Shown: positions 21,177 to 31,725 of the stretch, one piece after another
Layout of the letters: every line of letters starts with the position of its first letter
How positions within the stretch are numbered: the first letter of the stretch is position 1
Source of the DNA: Clostridia bacterium
GTDB lineage: Bacteria; Bacillota; Clostridia; Oscillospirales; CAG-272
NCBI GenBank assembly: GCA_017622085.1
Contig: JAGARU010000030.1
Span: forward strand, 53,658-117,657
Reading direction: 5' to 3'
Length of the DNA stretch: 64,000 bases
Translations under genes and position numbers: made by a program
Notes under the pieces: model-generated
Database searches by the model: none
Told to the model about the DNA's origin: nothing
What the model saw: only the letters and a program-made list of their open reading frames with translations

Positions 21177-21503
21177 ATGAAAGCTCCGAATCATTTGCCC
21201 GGCGGCTCAGACTGCGTAGGATACGCGGTAACCTCTGTGGCGGGCAGAGATAAAAAGCGAGATTTTATTATCGTCGGTTTATGCGAGAACGAGGCATGCG
21301 ACGGCATGGTGTACATTGCCGACGGCCGGCTCCATAAGCTGGAACGTCCGAAAAAGAAAAAACTCATGCACCTGAAGGTGGCCGGCCCCGCAGGCGAGGA
21401 GATCCTCTCCCGACTGAAGGAGGGAACGGCAACGGATTCCGACATACAGACGGCGCTTCAAGCGGCGTTTGGATACAAAGAGTATTATGGATCAAAGGTT
21501 TAG
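21177..21503 (+). CDS. KOW-domain RNA-binding protein (L14e-like)
   Basis: SVAGRDK...IADG..HKLERPKKKKLMHL; conserved map-infA position in Firmicutes. Confidence 0.85.
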   Translation: MKAPNHLPGGSDCVGYAVTSVAGRDKKRDFIIVGLCENEACDGMVYIADGRLHKLERPKKKKLMHLKVAGPAGEEILSRLKEGTATDSDIQTALQAAFGYKEYYGSKV

Positions 21504-21531
21504 TCACCATTGAATGTAAGGAGGATTTGCT

Positions 21532-21750
21532 TTGGCAAAGGATGATGTTGTAGAGTTTGAAGGCGTCGTTACGGAAGCATTACCCAACGCAACCTTCAAA
21601 GTCAAGCTGCCGAACGGGCACATTGTAACCGCCCGCATTTCCGGCAAACTCAGAATGAACTATATACGTATATTGCCCGGTGATAAGGTAACCGTAGAGG
21701 TGTCGGTATACGACCTCTCCAAGGGACGGATCACTTGGCGTTCCAAATAA
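21532..21750 (+). CDS. infA: Translation initiation factor IF-1
   Basis: [10 protein letters not shown]...[16 protein letters not shown]; TTG start. Confidence 0.99.
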   Translation: MAKDDVVEFEGVVTEALPNATFKVKLPNGHIVTARISGKLRMNYIRILPGDKVTVEVSVYDLSKGRITWRSK

Positions 21751-21794
21751 GAAGAACTGCAATAAAACAGTAGAATGAAAGGTGGTTTTATAAT

Positions 21795-21908
21795 TTGAAA
21801 GTAAAGCCTTCCGTTAAAAAGATCTGTGACAAGTGCAAGGTTATCAAGAGAAAAGGCAGAATCATGGTGATCTGTGAGAACCCCAAGCACAAACAGAGAC
21901 AGGGCTAA
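21795..21908 (+). CDS. rpmJ: 50S ribosomal protein L36 (below ORF-track cutoff)
   Basis: Manual translation from TTG: [37 protein letters not shown]. Confidence 0.97.
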   Translation: MKVKPSVKKICDKCKVIKRKGRIMVICENPKHKQRQG

Positions 21909-21951
21909 GCTGGAAAAGCGACCCAAACCAATTTATAAGGAGTGAAAACAG

Positions 21952-22320
21952 ATGGCTCGTATAGCTGGTGTTGATATTCCGAACGCAAAACGTGTAGAGA
22001 TCGCATTGACCTACATTTACGGTATCGGAAAGAAAAGCGCACAGGATATCCTCGCAAAGACCGGTATCAATCCTGATACCAGAGCGAAGGATTTGACAGA
22101 AGACGAAGTAGCAAAACTTCGTGACGAGATCGAAGCAAACTACAATGTAGAGGGTGAACTTCGCAGAGAAGTTTCCATGAACATTAAGCGTCTGGTTGAC
22201 ATCAACTGCTACCGTGGAATCCGCCACAGAAAGGGTCTCCCGGTAAGAGGTCAGCGTACTAAGACAAACGCGAGAACCAGAAAAGGTCCCGTTAAGACAA
22301 TTGCAAATAAGAAGAAATAA
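21952..22320 (+). CDS. rpsM: 30S ribosomal protein S13
   Basis: MARIAGVD...[17 protein letters not shown]. Confidence 0.99.
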   Translation: MARIAGVDIPNAKRVEIALTYIYGIGKKSAQDILAKTGINPDTRAKDLTEDEVAKLRDEIEANYNVEGELRREVSMNIKRLVDINCYRGIRHRKGLPVRGQRTKTNARTRKGPVKTIANKKK

Positions 22321-22336
22321 GGAGTGAGATAACGCA

Positions 22337-22732
22337 ATGGCTAAGGTTGATAAGAAAGTTACGAAAAAGCGCCGTGAGCGGAAGAACGTCGAAAAAGGCG
22401 CCGCACACATCTGCTCGACTTTCAACAATACGATTGTAACGATTACCGACGTATACGGTAACGCGATTTCTTGGGCATCTGCCGGTGAACTTGGCTTCAA
22501 GGGTTCCAGAAAGTCCACTCCCTACGCAGCACAGATGGCAGCTGAGGCTGCTGCAAAGGGTGCTGTGGAGAACGGCATGAAGACGATCGAAGTTTTCGTA
22601 AAGGGCCCCGGATCAGGACGTGAATCCGCTATCAGAGCTCTCCAGACTGCAGGACTCAACATTACTCTTATCAAAGACGTAACCCCGATTCCTCACAACG
22701 GATGCAGACCTCCCAAGCGTAGACGCGTTTAA
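22337..22732 (+). CDS. rpsK: 30S ribosomal protein S11
   Basis: STFNNT...[14 protein letters not shown]. Confidence 0.99.
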   Translation: MAKVDKKVTKKRRERKNVEKGAAHICSTFNNTIVTITDVYGNAISWASAGELGFKGSRKSTPYAAQMAAEAAAKGAVENGMKTIEVFVKGPGSGRESAIRALQTAGLNITLIKDVTPIPHNGCRPPKRRRV

Positions 22733-22756
22733 TTTGGAACAGGAGGAAAGAATAAT

Positions 22757-23377
22757 ATGGCAAGATATACCGGACCTTCCTGCAAGCTTTGCCGCAGAGA
22801 AGGAGTTAAGCTTTTCCTGAAGGGCGACCGTTGCCTTTCCGACAAGTGCGCACTTGCAAAGCGCGCAACCCCTCCCGGACAGCACGGTGCGGCACGTAAG
22901 AAGGTAGAAGAATACGGCCGTCAGCTGAGAGAGAAGCAGAAAGCAAAGAGATACTACGGCGTAGCCGAGAAGCAGTTCAAGAACTACTACACCATCGCAG
23001 ACCGCAAGGAAGGTCAGGCAGGCGAGAATCTGCTTGTACTTCTTGAGCGTCGCCTTGACAACGTAGTTTACAGAATGGGCATGGCTGCAAGCCGCAAGGA
23101 AGCACGTCAGCTTGTTCGTCACAACCACTTCACCGTGAACGGCAAGAAGGCAAACATTCCCTCCATCCTTATCAAGGCTGGTGACGTAGTGGCTGTTAAG
23201 TCCACCGATTCTGAGAAGCTCAAGGCTCTCATTGCAGAGCTTGAGACCAAGACTGCACCCAAGTGGCTTGACGTTGATAAGACCAATGCTACCGCGAAGG
23301 TAGTTGCAATCCCCACTCGTGAGGATGTAGACTTCCCCTTCGAAGAGCAGCTTATCATCGAGCTTTATTCCAAATAA
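22757..23377 (+). CDS. rpsD: 30S ribosomal protein S4 (Cys/Zn type)
   Basis: [16 protein letters not shown]...[11 protein letters not shown]. Confidence 0.99.
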   Translation: MARYTGPSCKLCRREGVKLFLKGDRCLSDKCALAKRATPPGQHGAARKKVEEYGRQLREKQKAKRYYGVAEKQFKNYYTIADRKEGQAGENLLVLLERRLDNVVYRMGMAASRKEARQLVRHNHFTVNGKKANIPSILIKAGDVVAVKSTDSEKLKALIAELETKTAPKWLDVDKTNATAKVVAIPTREDVDFPFEEQLIIELYSK

Positions 23378-23566
23378 TAACGGTCTCCGAAAAACTGCGA
23401 TCCGCTTGATTGCCGAACCGGTGCATACGCTCGCAAGGGCCGCACGTTCGGCAAGGCGATGGCGGAGACAGCGGATATCAATTTTTGTGATCGCCGCAAG
23501 GCATCCCTGGACAATATACCCATGGAAGATGGATTTGCATAAATTGAATAACAGGAGGGTTGTTAC

Positions 23567-24532
23567 ATGATTGAAATAGAAAAGCCGAATATATCCACAG
23601 TGAATTTGAGTGAAGATGGTAGAAGCGGCAAGTTTATCGTAGATCCTCTTGAGCGTGGCTACGGTGTTACTCTTGGCAACTCTTTGAGACGAGTTCTTTT
23701 GAGCTCTCTGCCCGGCGTAGCAGTATCCAGCATCAAGATCGACGGTGTGCTGCATGAAATTTCAACCATCCCCGGAGTGAAGGAAGACGTAACCGAGATC
23801 GTTCTTAACGTAAAGGGCATCACGGCAAAGCTTCATACCAATTCTCCGAAAACGGTTGTCATCGACGTTACCGGCGCTTGCGATGTTACTGCAGGAGATA
23901 TTAAGCACGATTCGGATATTGAAATTCTTAACCCCGAGCATCACATTGCAACGGTTAGCGACAATGCACGCTTCTATATGGAGCTTACCTTTGACAGCGG
24001 CCGTGGCTACGTATCTCAGGAGAAGAACAAGCAGAATCACATTCGTGACGGCGTAATCGCACCTCTTGGCACGATCTACACCGACTCGATTTATACTCCC
24101 GTGTACAACGTAAGCTATAATGTAGAAAACACCCGTGTTGGAAACATTACAGACTACGACAAGCTTACCCTTGAAGTTCTGACCAACGGTACCATTTCTG
24201 CGAAGGAAGCCGTTTCACTTGCAGCCAAGATACTCAACGAGCATCTCAACTTGTTCGTAGATCTCTCGGACGAGGCAAAAAATGCTGAAATTATGGTTGA
24301 AAGCAAAGAAACCGTCAAGGAAAAGGTTCTTGAGATGACCATTGAGGAGCTTGACATGTCCGTACGTAGCTTCAACTGCTTGAAGCGCGCGGGCATTGAT
24401 ACCGTAGAAGACTTGACCAACCGAACTGAATCGGAAATGATCAAGGTCAGAAACCTCGGTAAGAAGTCACTTGAGGAAGTAATTCAAAAGCTTCATTCCC
24501 TCGGCCTCGATCTTAAGAAAGAGGAAGAGTAA
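23567..24532 (+). CDS. rpoA: RNA polymerase alpha subunit
   Basis: [16 protein letters not shown]; [12 protein letters not shown]; RNLGKKS. Confidence 0.99.
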   Translation: MIEIEKPNISTVNLSEDGRSGKFIVDPLERGYGVTLGNSLRRVLLSSLPGVAVSSIKIDGVLHEISTIPGVKEDVTEIVLNVKGITAKLHTNSPKTVVIDVTGACDVTAGDIKHDSDIEILNPEHHIATVSDNARFYMELTFDSGRGYVSQEKNKQNHIRDGVIAPLGTIYTDSIYTPVYNVSYNVENTRVGNITDYDKLTLEVLTNGTISAKEAVSLAAKILNEHLNLFVDLSDEAKNAEIMVESKETVKEKVLEMTIEELDMSVRSFNCLKRAGIDTVEDLTNRTESEMIKVRNLGKKSLEEVIQKLHSLGLDLKKEEE

Positions 24533-24601
24533 AATACGGTCCGAACTGTCGGACAGCGGCCATAGATCGCCGCACATACCAGCAAAAGGAGGAATAATCA
24601 A

Positions 24602-24958
24602 ATGCCCGGAACAAGAAAGCTCGGCAGAACTTCTGAGCACAGAAATGCAATGCTTCGCGGTATGGTTACCTACGTTCTTGAGAACGGTTCTATGGAAACC
24701 ACCCTTAGCCGCGCAAAGGAAGTTCGTTGCCTTGTTGACAAGATGATCACTCTTGGCAAGAAGAATACACTTTCCAGCCGTCGCGCAGCACTTGCGTTCA
24801 TCACCAAGGAAGACGTTGTTAAGAAGCTCTTCGATCAGATCGCACCTGCTTATGCAACCCGCAACGGTGGATACACTCAGATTTACAAGCTCGGTCCGAG
24901 AAGAGGAGACGCCGCAGAGATGGCTCTCATCAAGCTCGTTGCTACTGACGCTGAGTAA
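24602..24958 (+). CDS. rplQ: 50S ribosomal protein L17
   Basis: [10 protein letters not shown]...[15 protein letters not shown]. Confidence 0.99.
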   Translation: MPGTRKLGRTSEHRNAMLRGMVTYVLENGSMETTLSRAKEVRCLVDKMITLGKKNTLSSRRAALAFITKEDVVKKLFDQIAPAYATRNGGYTQIYKLGPRRGDAAEMALIKLVATDAE

Positions 24959-24966
24959 TTAAACGA

Positions 24967-25007
24967 GAAAAAAGAGACGAATCTTACGATTCGTCTCTTT
25001 CTTTTTT
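24967..25007. terminator. Terminator of the r-protein superoperon (bidirectional)
   Basis: AAAAAAGAGACGAATC-TTAC-GATTCGTCTCTTTCTTTTTT. Confidence 0.88.
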
Positions 25008-25065
25008 GCCCGAGTCGCCCCGGACGGTGGCAGATGGATGGAAAGGGAACAGAGCATACCGGAAT

Positions 25066-26439
25066 TCACCGTTTCCTGCGAACCCTCTGTTCTCCCCTCC
25101 GCGTAACATCACGGCTCAGGACGGAGACCGTCCCGGACATTGATAAAAGGCACAGCATATTGATCAACGTCAGGAGACTGATGATCAAGTCGGAGATCTG
25201 CCACATAAGGTCCGAGGCGATCATAGCTCCTGTCATTATTATGAGGAAAAAGGCCGCTCCGTATACGCGCCGACTCCATTTGGATCTGGTAATATATGCT
25301 AAGGATTTGATGCCGTAAAAATACTGGCATAGCACCGTGGAGTAGGCAAAGAATAAAATCGCCACCCGGATAAAAACTCCGGCTCCCCGTCCGGCCTCCG
25401 ATGAAAATGACTCCACCACCAGATCGAGGGCGGAACTATCCATAGGAAGATCTCGGTAAAAAGCGGTGAGAATGACCAACGCCGTCAGCGAGCAAAGGAG
25501 AACGGTGTCTACGAAAACCTCAAAAATCCCCCATAGTCCTTGGGTGTGGGGTGAGGCCACGTCCGCCGATGCGTGTGCCGTGGGCGCTGTTCCGCATCCG
25601 GCCTCGTTTGAGAGAAGTCCGCGGGCAATTCCGTATCGCATGGCAGCATTGACGGAAAATCCAAGCATCCCGCCTGCCGCTGCCCGTGCCGAAAAGGCGG
25701 AATCCAGAATTTCCCCAAGAACCGATGGCACCAAATGAATGTTTTTGAATAGGATAAATAGGGAGATTCCTACGTAGAGCAGCGTGAAAAGAGGAATCGT
25801 CACCGCCGTTACGTCCGCGATCCGATCCTCACCCTGGCTGAGAACGGGAAGCACAAGGGCGGCAAAAAGAAGTGCGAAGGAAAGGGCGGGCAGGGAAGGC
25901 ACCGCTTGCCGCGCGGCGTTTACCTGCAGGATCGTTCCGGTGATCAAGGCGTTGGCAATACAAAGCACCGCAAAGCCACCACCCAAAAGCCACGCCCATC
26001 GTGACCCAAGGACGGAGCTCATACCGCGCCGGATGTAATAAGGCGCTCCGCCGAAATAAACCGTTTTTTCGCCAACTTTTTCGCATTCTCGATGCTCGAC
26101 TGCCAAAACTACCTCCGCATATTTCACCGCCATCACCAAAAGTCCAGAGAGGATCATCCAAAAAACAGCTCCCGCCCCGCCGGCGATCAGAGCCGAGGCT
26201 ACCCCTACAATGTTTCCGACGCCCAGCGTTCCCGCCAAGGCCAGCGTTACCGCCTTGAAGGGCGATCCACCGGACGCGCGAACCGAGGTCAGCATGTCCT
26301 TGAAACACCGAATTGGGTGCAAAATCGGCAAAAAACGCAGTAAAACCGTGAAAAACAGGCCTCCAATCAGCACCGTTGCCGGTAAAAGCGTTCCGCCGAG
26401 CACCCGATTGACCGTCTCCAAAATTCCCAAAAAATCCAC
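25066..26439 (-). CDS. Alanine/glycine:cation symporter (AGCS family)
   Basis: LAGTLGVGNIVGVA, GGAGAVFWM and SNEAGCGTA motifs; GTG start at 26439 is inferred. Confidence 0.9.
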   Translation of the reverse strand: MDFLGILETVNRVLGGTLLPATVLIGGLFFTVLLRFLPILHPIRCFKDMLTSVRASGGSPFKAVTLALAGTLGVGNIVGVASALIAGGAGAVFWMILSGLLVMAVKYAEVVLAVEHRECEKVGEKTVYFGGAPYYIRRGMSSVLGSRWAWLLGGGFAVLCIANALITGTILQVNAARQAVPSLPALSFALLFAALVLPVLSQGEDRIADVTAVTIPLFTLLYVGISLFILFKNIHLVPSVLGEILDSAFSARAAAGGMLGFSVNAAMRYGIARGLLSNEAGCGTAPTAHASADVASPHTQGLWGIFEVFVDTVLLCSLTALVILTAFYRDLPMDSSALDLVVESFSSEAGRGAGVFIRVAILFFAYSTVLCQYFYGIKSLAYITRSKWSRRVYGAAFFLIIMTGAMIASDLMWQISDLIISLLTLINMLCLLSMSGTVSVLSRDVTRRGEQRVRRKR

Positions 26440-26550
26440 CGCCCCTTTGTAGGAATTGACAGTACAACCTATTCGCCAAGGGACCAAAAAATGCACGCTC
26501 CAGGCGGCAGAAAAGAAATGTTAAATAATTGTGAATATTGAAAACCCCTA

Positions 26551-26618
26551 TTGCATTTTATAGGAGAGTGTATTAAAATAGATGTATCGTGTTAGCACTT
26601 GAAAGTTCCGAGTGCTAA
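26551..26618 (+). promoter_or_regulatory. Sigma-A promoter plus CIRCE (HrcA operator)
   Basis: TTGCAT N17 TAAAAT; TTAGCACTT-N9-GAGTGCTAA at 26592-26618 (one mismatch to CIRCE). Confidence 0.93.
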
Positions 26619-26656
26619 AATTTGCGTTTGTTCGCAATTTTGAAAGGAGAAATCAT

Positions 26657-26941
26657 ATGACGATCAAACCGTTAGCTGACCGCGTTGTAGTGAAGTCAGT
26701 TGAAGTAGAGGAAACCACCAAAACCGGCATTATTTTGCCCGGCTCCGCAAAGGAAAAGCCCCAGGTTGCTGAGGTTGTAGCCGTAGGCCCCGGCGGCGTG
26801 GTAGACGGCCATGAGGTCGTAATGACCGTTAAGGTGGGCGATAAGGTTATCACCGCTAAGTATACCGGCACAGAGGTAAAGTGCAACGGTACCGAATATA
26901 CCATCGTAAGACAGAGCGACATTCTCGCGATTGTTGAGTAA
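26657..26941 (+). CDS. groES: Co-chaperonin GroES
   Basis: IKPLADRVVV...GIILPGSAKEKP; start at ATG 26657 after AAAGGAG. Confidence 0.99.
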   Translation: MTIKPLADRVVVKSVEVEETTKTGIILPGSAKEKPQVAEVVAVGPGGVVDGHEVVMTVKVGDKVITAKYTGTEVKCNGTEYTIVRQSDILAIVE

Positions 26942-28588
<1,647 letters not shown>

Positions 28589-28604
28589 GAAAATGAGATA
28601 GGCA

Positions 28605-28706
28605 GGGGAAACCCCTTTTGAAAAAGGGGTTCCCCCGCACCCTTTCCCGAAAACTTGAAAAAGAGCCCTTTGTGCATCGGCCATCCGCCGACGCACAAAG
28701 GGCTTT
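28605..28706. repeat. Two GC-rich hairpins downstream of groEL (REP-like element and probable terminator)
   Basis: GGGGAAACCCC-TTTTGAAAAA-GGGGTTCCCC and AGCCCTTTGTGC...GCACAAAGGGCT. Confidence 0.6.
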
Positions 28707-28839
28707 GCTTCGCAAGAAACTTTGAAAAGGAGAGGTTAAGTAATGTGCCGAGGGGTCCACTCGTGCGTACTTGTTGGGCAACATCCCAAACCCTTTAACA
28801 ATTTCGGAGAAATTGGCTACGCACCGTTGGTGCTAAAAT

Positions 28840-29256
28840 TTAGAATTCGATTATCGAATGGTAGTCACTATGTCTATCGTTGTTCTCTTTGTCCATCTGT
28901 TCTCTAAGTTCAAAATACTTTTTTGCAAATCGTTTGTTAGCAAGGAACAGTGAAAGACATAGTGCAACTGTTACTACAACATAAGCCAATAGAGATAGTA
29001 CGAACATTTTTACAGACGAAATTAAAAAGAACGAAAATATTACTTGCAACATCCAAGCATATATTACCAAACATATACCAATACGAGCTTGTTTCTTTTG
29101 CGTAAGCAATGATTCATCATTTTTATCCATTCCATCAATGGTTACAGCTTGATACAAATCGTTGGGCTTTAATTTCAAAATACTCAAAACTGCATATGTA
29201 GTACCGACAACATTTGTCAACGCACCTAATAGCTGTAGAATTGTGTTATATTGCAT
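28840..29256 (-). CDS. Hypothetical membrane protein (3 TM), AT-rich insertion
   Basis: AAGGAG RBS before MQYNTILQLLG; three hydrophobic segments. Confidence 0.7.
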   Translation of the reverse strand: MQYNTILQLLGALTNVVGTTYAVLSILKLKPNDLYQAVTIDGMDKNDESLLTQKKQARIGICLVIYAWMLQVIFSFFLISSVKMFVLSLLAYVVVTVALCLSLFLANKRFAKKYFELREQMDKENNDRHSDYHSIIEF

Positions 29257-29284
29257 TTGTGCTCCTTGAACAATAATTCCCATA

Positions 29285-30070
29285 TTACAAATTAAGAAGT
29301 TCTTTTTTCTTGTTTTCAAAATCTTCTTGGGAGATAATGCCTTCGTCGAGAAGAATCTTATACTTTTTGATCTCTTCGAACTTATCCATAGTTTCAGTTT
29401 TCTCAGGCGCGCTTACACTTGTAATGAGTTGCAGTTTGGAAAGAATATTTTGAGCCATTTTCATTTTTTCTTTGTATTCGCTTGACGATTTATTTGTTCC
29501 AATTATGATTAAGGGAATGTAGAAAGCAGGGTCTTTATGATTCTTAACCGTAACTTTGATTTTCAGTTCTTCGCACACGCTTTTATAACTTCTTGTGCTT
29601 GCACCAACAACCGCACCGACACCGCCAAAGAGTATGCCGCCCAACGCAGCTCTACCAACACCACCAGATTCCACACTTTCGCCGTTTTCTAATAACTCAA
29701 AACTTACAATTTGGTCATAGGAAAACAAAGTATAGTTTTCAGGACGCTTATTCTGCGGGTCTGAAGTAACATACACAAAGGCATGGTCTGCAAGTATCAT
29801 TTGTTTAGTATCGTCATTGAATTTCGCAGAGGGGCAAATGTCTGCTGTAACAACAAAATCCTTGATGATGGAATCATGAGTTTTGCTTCCTTTAATCATC
29901 TCAATTATGTCTTTCGATGTATACATTTGAGGTTTGTCCATAAGATCACCCCAGGTATTGAATCCAGCCTTTTCCCAACAGGAATTGCAGAAATACTCCT
30001 TGTCCTTAACCTGTACTTTTCCATTGAACATACCCATTTCTTTACCGCAGCCTGCACATATTTTAGCCAT
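29285..30070 (-). CDS. Zn-ribbon (DUF4428-like) plus SHOCT domain protein
   Basis: N-terminal CAGC...CNSC; GRAALGGILFGGVGAVVGA glycine zipper; C-terminal IKKYKILLDEGIISQEDFENKKKELL (SHOCT). Confidence 0.8.
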   Translation of the reverse strand: MAKICAGCGKEMGMFNGKVQVKDKEYFCNSCWEKAGFNTWGDLMDKPQMYTSKDIIEMIKGSKTHDSIIKDFVVTADICPSAKFNDDTKQMILADHAFVYVTSDPQNKRPENYTLFSYDQIVSFELLENGESVESGGVGRAALGGILFGGVGAVVGASTRSYKSVCEELKIKVTVKNHKDPAFYIPLIIIGTNKSSSEYKEKMKMAQNILSKLQLITSVSAPEKTETMDKFEEIKKYKILLDEGIISQEDFENKKKELLNL

Positions 30071-30324
30071 TATTTATTTCTCTCTTTCTTTACATACTTA
30101 TGATAAACTTCTATTACGACTTGTTTCGTAATACATGTTACTTTATCAATGTCATCGTAATAAGATCCGGAGCCAATCGCATCACCAGAACTATTAAAGA
30201 ACAAAATCATTCTTTGTGCCTTAATAAGCTCTCCATATTTATCATATTTGCAACACATCAATTCGGGATTGATGTTATAGCGAATAACTTCGCCGTCAAT
30301 TTCTAAATAATCCATATCAATCAT
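30070..30324 (-). CDS. Small hypothetical protein
   Basis: AAAGG RBS; stop overlaps the start of the next gene. Confidence 0.5.
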   Translation of the reverse strand: MIDMDYLEIDGEVIRYNINPELMCCKYDKYGELIKAQRMILFFNSSGDAIGSGSYYDDIDKVTCITKQVVIEVYHKYVKKERNK

Positions 30325-30378
30325 CCTTTTCTTGCATCTTTCTATTTGCCGTTTTTAATGCTTTTGCGTTTTCGGTAA

Positions 30379-31569
30379 TCAAGAGAGCAACCAATCCGCA
30401 ATATCGACAATCCTTACGCCCTCATACTGATACTCATCGTGCCGAGTACGAGCAATGACCATCTTGGGATAGGCATCCTTGATTTGAAGCAACGGCGAAA
30501 CCTCACGTTCAAAGGTCTTTTCGTCGCTGATATTGTCAGAAACCTGTATATAAATCTTCTCGTTGCGCTTGATGGCAACAAAGTCAATTTCTTTCTTGTA
30601 AAGAACACCAACGTAGACCTCATACCCTCTGCGGAGTAGCTCGATTGCAACCACATTTTCAAGGATTCTTCCGTAATCCATGTTTTTTGTGCCGAGCTTG
30701 GCATAGCGGAATGTGTGGTCACTCAGATAATACTTGTCGTTGCTCGACAAATACTTTTTGCCTTTGATGTCATATCTGCGGACTTTGTAAAAGGCAAAGG
30801 CATTGCATAAATACTGGATATACGAGCTGATGGTAACGTGATTTATCTTCTCCTTTAATCCGCTGAATGTGCTTGTAATATTTCGTGCTGAGGTCAGATT
30901 GGAGATGTTGTCCATCAGGAAATCCACAAGTCTGTCCATGAGCTGCATATTTCGGATTTTGTATTTTTTGCGAATATCACGGACAATCAACGTATTGAAA
31001 ACGTCGGCAATATAATCATACTTGGCTTCTTGATCTTTGTAGAGATAAGATCCTGCCATGCCGCCCTCAATCACATACTTATCAACGGCAGCATATTTGT
31101 CGCTGTAACCAAAGTACTGCACATATTCGCTGAACGAGAACGGGAACACTTTAATTTCAAACGTTCTTCCGGTAAACAGTGTAGCAAGATCGGAGCTCAA
31201 AAGGAAGGCGTTTGAACCTGTAATATAGATATCAAATTTTTCGGATGCGTGCAGACCGTTGATTGCTTTTTCAAAGCCGATGCACATCTGAACTTCATCA
31301 ATCAAAACAAAGTTCTCTTTGCCTGCCACATACTTAGCATTGATATAGTCGTACAAGGGCCTGTATTCAAGCAGGTGGTCAAACTCCGGCAAATTGAAAT
31401 TGATTTGAATGATATTATGATCAGGCACATTCTGTTCAAGATAGCTTTTAAATGCTTCGAGTAGCTTCGATTTACCGCTACGTCGAACACCCGTGATGAC
31501 CTTAATATCTGGAGTGCCGATTACATTGATCAGTTTTTCTAAATATTGATTTCGAGCAATAAGTTTCAT
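30379..31569 (-). CDS. AAA_14 family ATPase with C-terminal DUF4143 (PD-(D/E)XK-like) domain
   Basis: ITGVRRSGKS, LIDEVQ, ITGSNA, LENVV, EIDFVA...YIQV motifs; start MKLIARNQY. Confidence 0.88.
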   Translation of the reverse strand: MKLIARNQYLEKLINVIGTPDIKVITGVRRSGKSKLLEAFKSYLEQNVPDHNIIQINFNLPEFDHLLEYRPLYDYINAKYVAGKENFVLIDEVQMCIGFEKAINGLHASEKFDIYITGSNAFLLSSDLATLFTGRTFEIKVFPFSFSEYVQYFGYSDKYAAVDKYVIEGGMAGSYLYKDQEAKYDYIADVFNTLIVRDIRKKYKIRNMQLMDRLVDFLMDNISNLTSARNITSTFSGLKEKINHVTISSYIQYLCNAFAFYKVRRYDIKGKKYLSSNDKYYLSDHTFRYAKLGTKNMDYGRILENVVAIELLRRGYEVYVGVLYKKEIDFVAIKRNEKIYIQVSDNISDEKTFEREVSPLLQIKDAYPKMVIARTRHDEYQYEGVRIVDIADWLLS

Positions 31570-31680
31570 AGCGTACCGCCTTTCATAGAGCATTATATCA
31601 TGTGTATTTACCATTTTCAACACATTTTCGAAAATGGTAAATAGATTTTCACAAATGGGTGATATTTATCTGTTGTAAAT

Positions 31681-31720
31681 AAAAAATGATGTCGACTAAG
31701 AGAAGCGACATCATTTTTAT
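31681..31720 (-). terminator. Terminator of the radical SAM gene
   Basis: AAAAAATGATGTCG...CGACATCATTTTT. Confidence 0.75.
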
Positions 31721-31725
31721 TACAC

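Noticed and set aside
28727-28910. AGGAG followed by ATG 28743: short plus-strand ORF after groEL
   Set aside because: Overlaps a convergent gene, has suboptimal RBS spacing and encodes no recognisable peptide.
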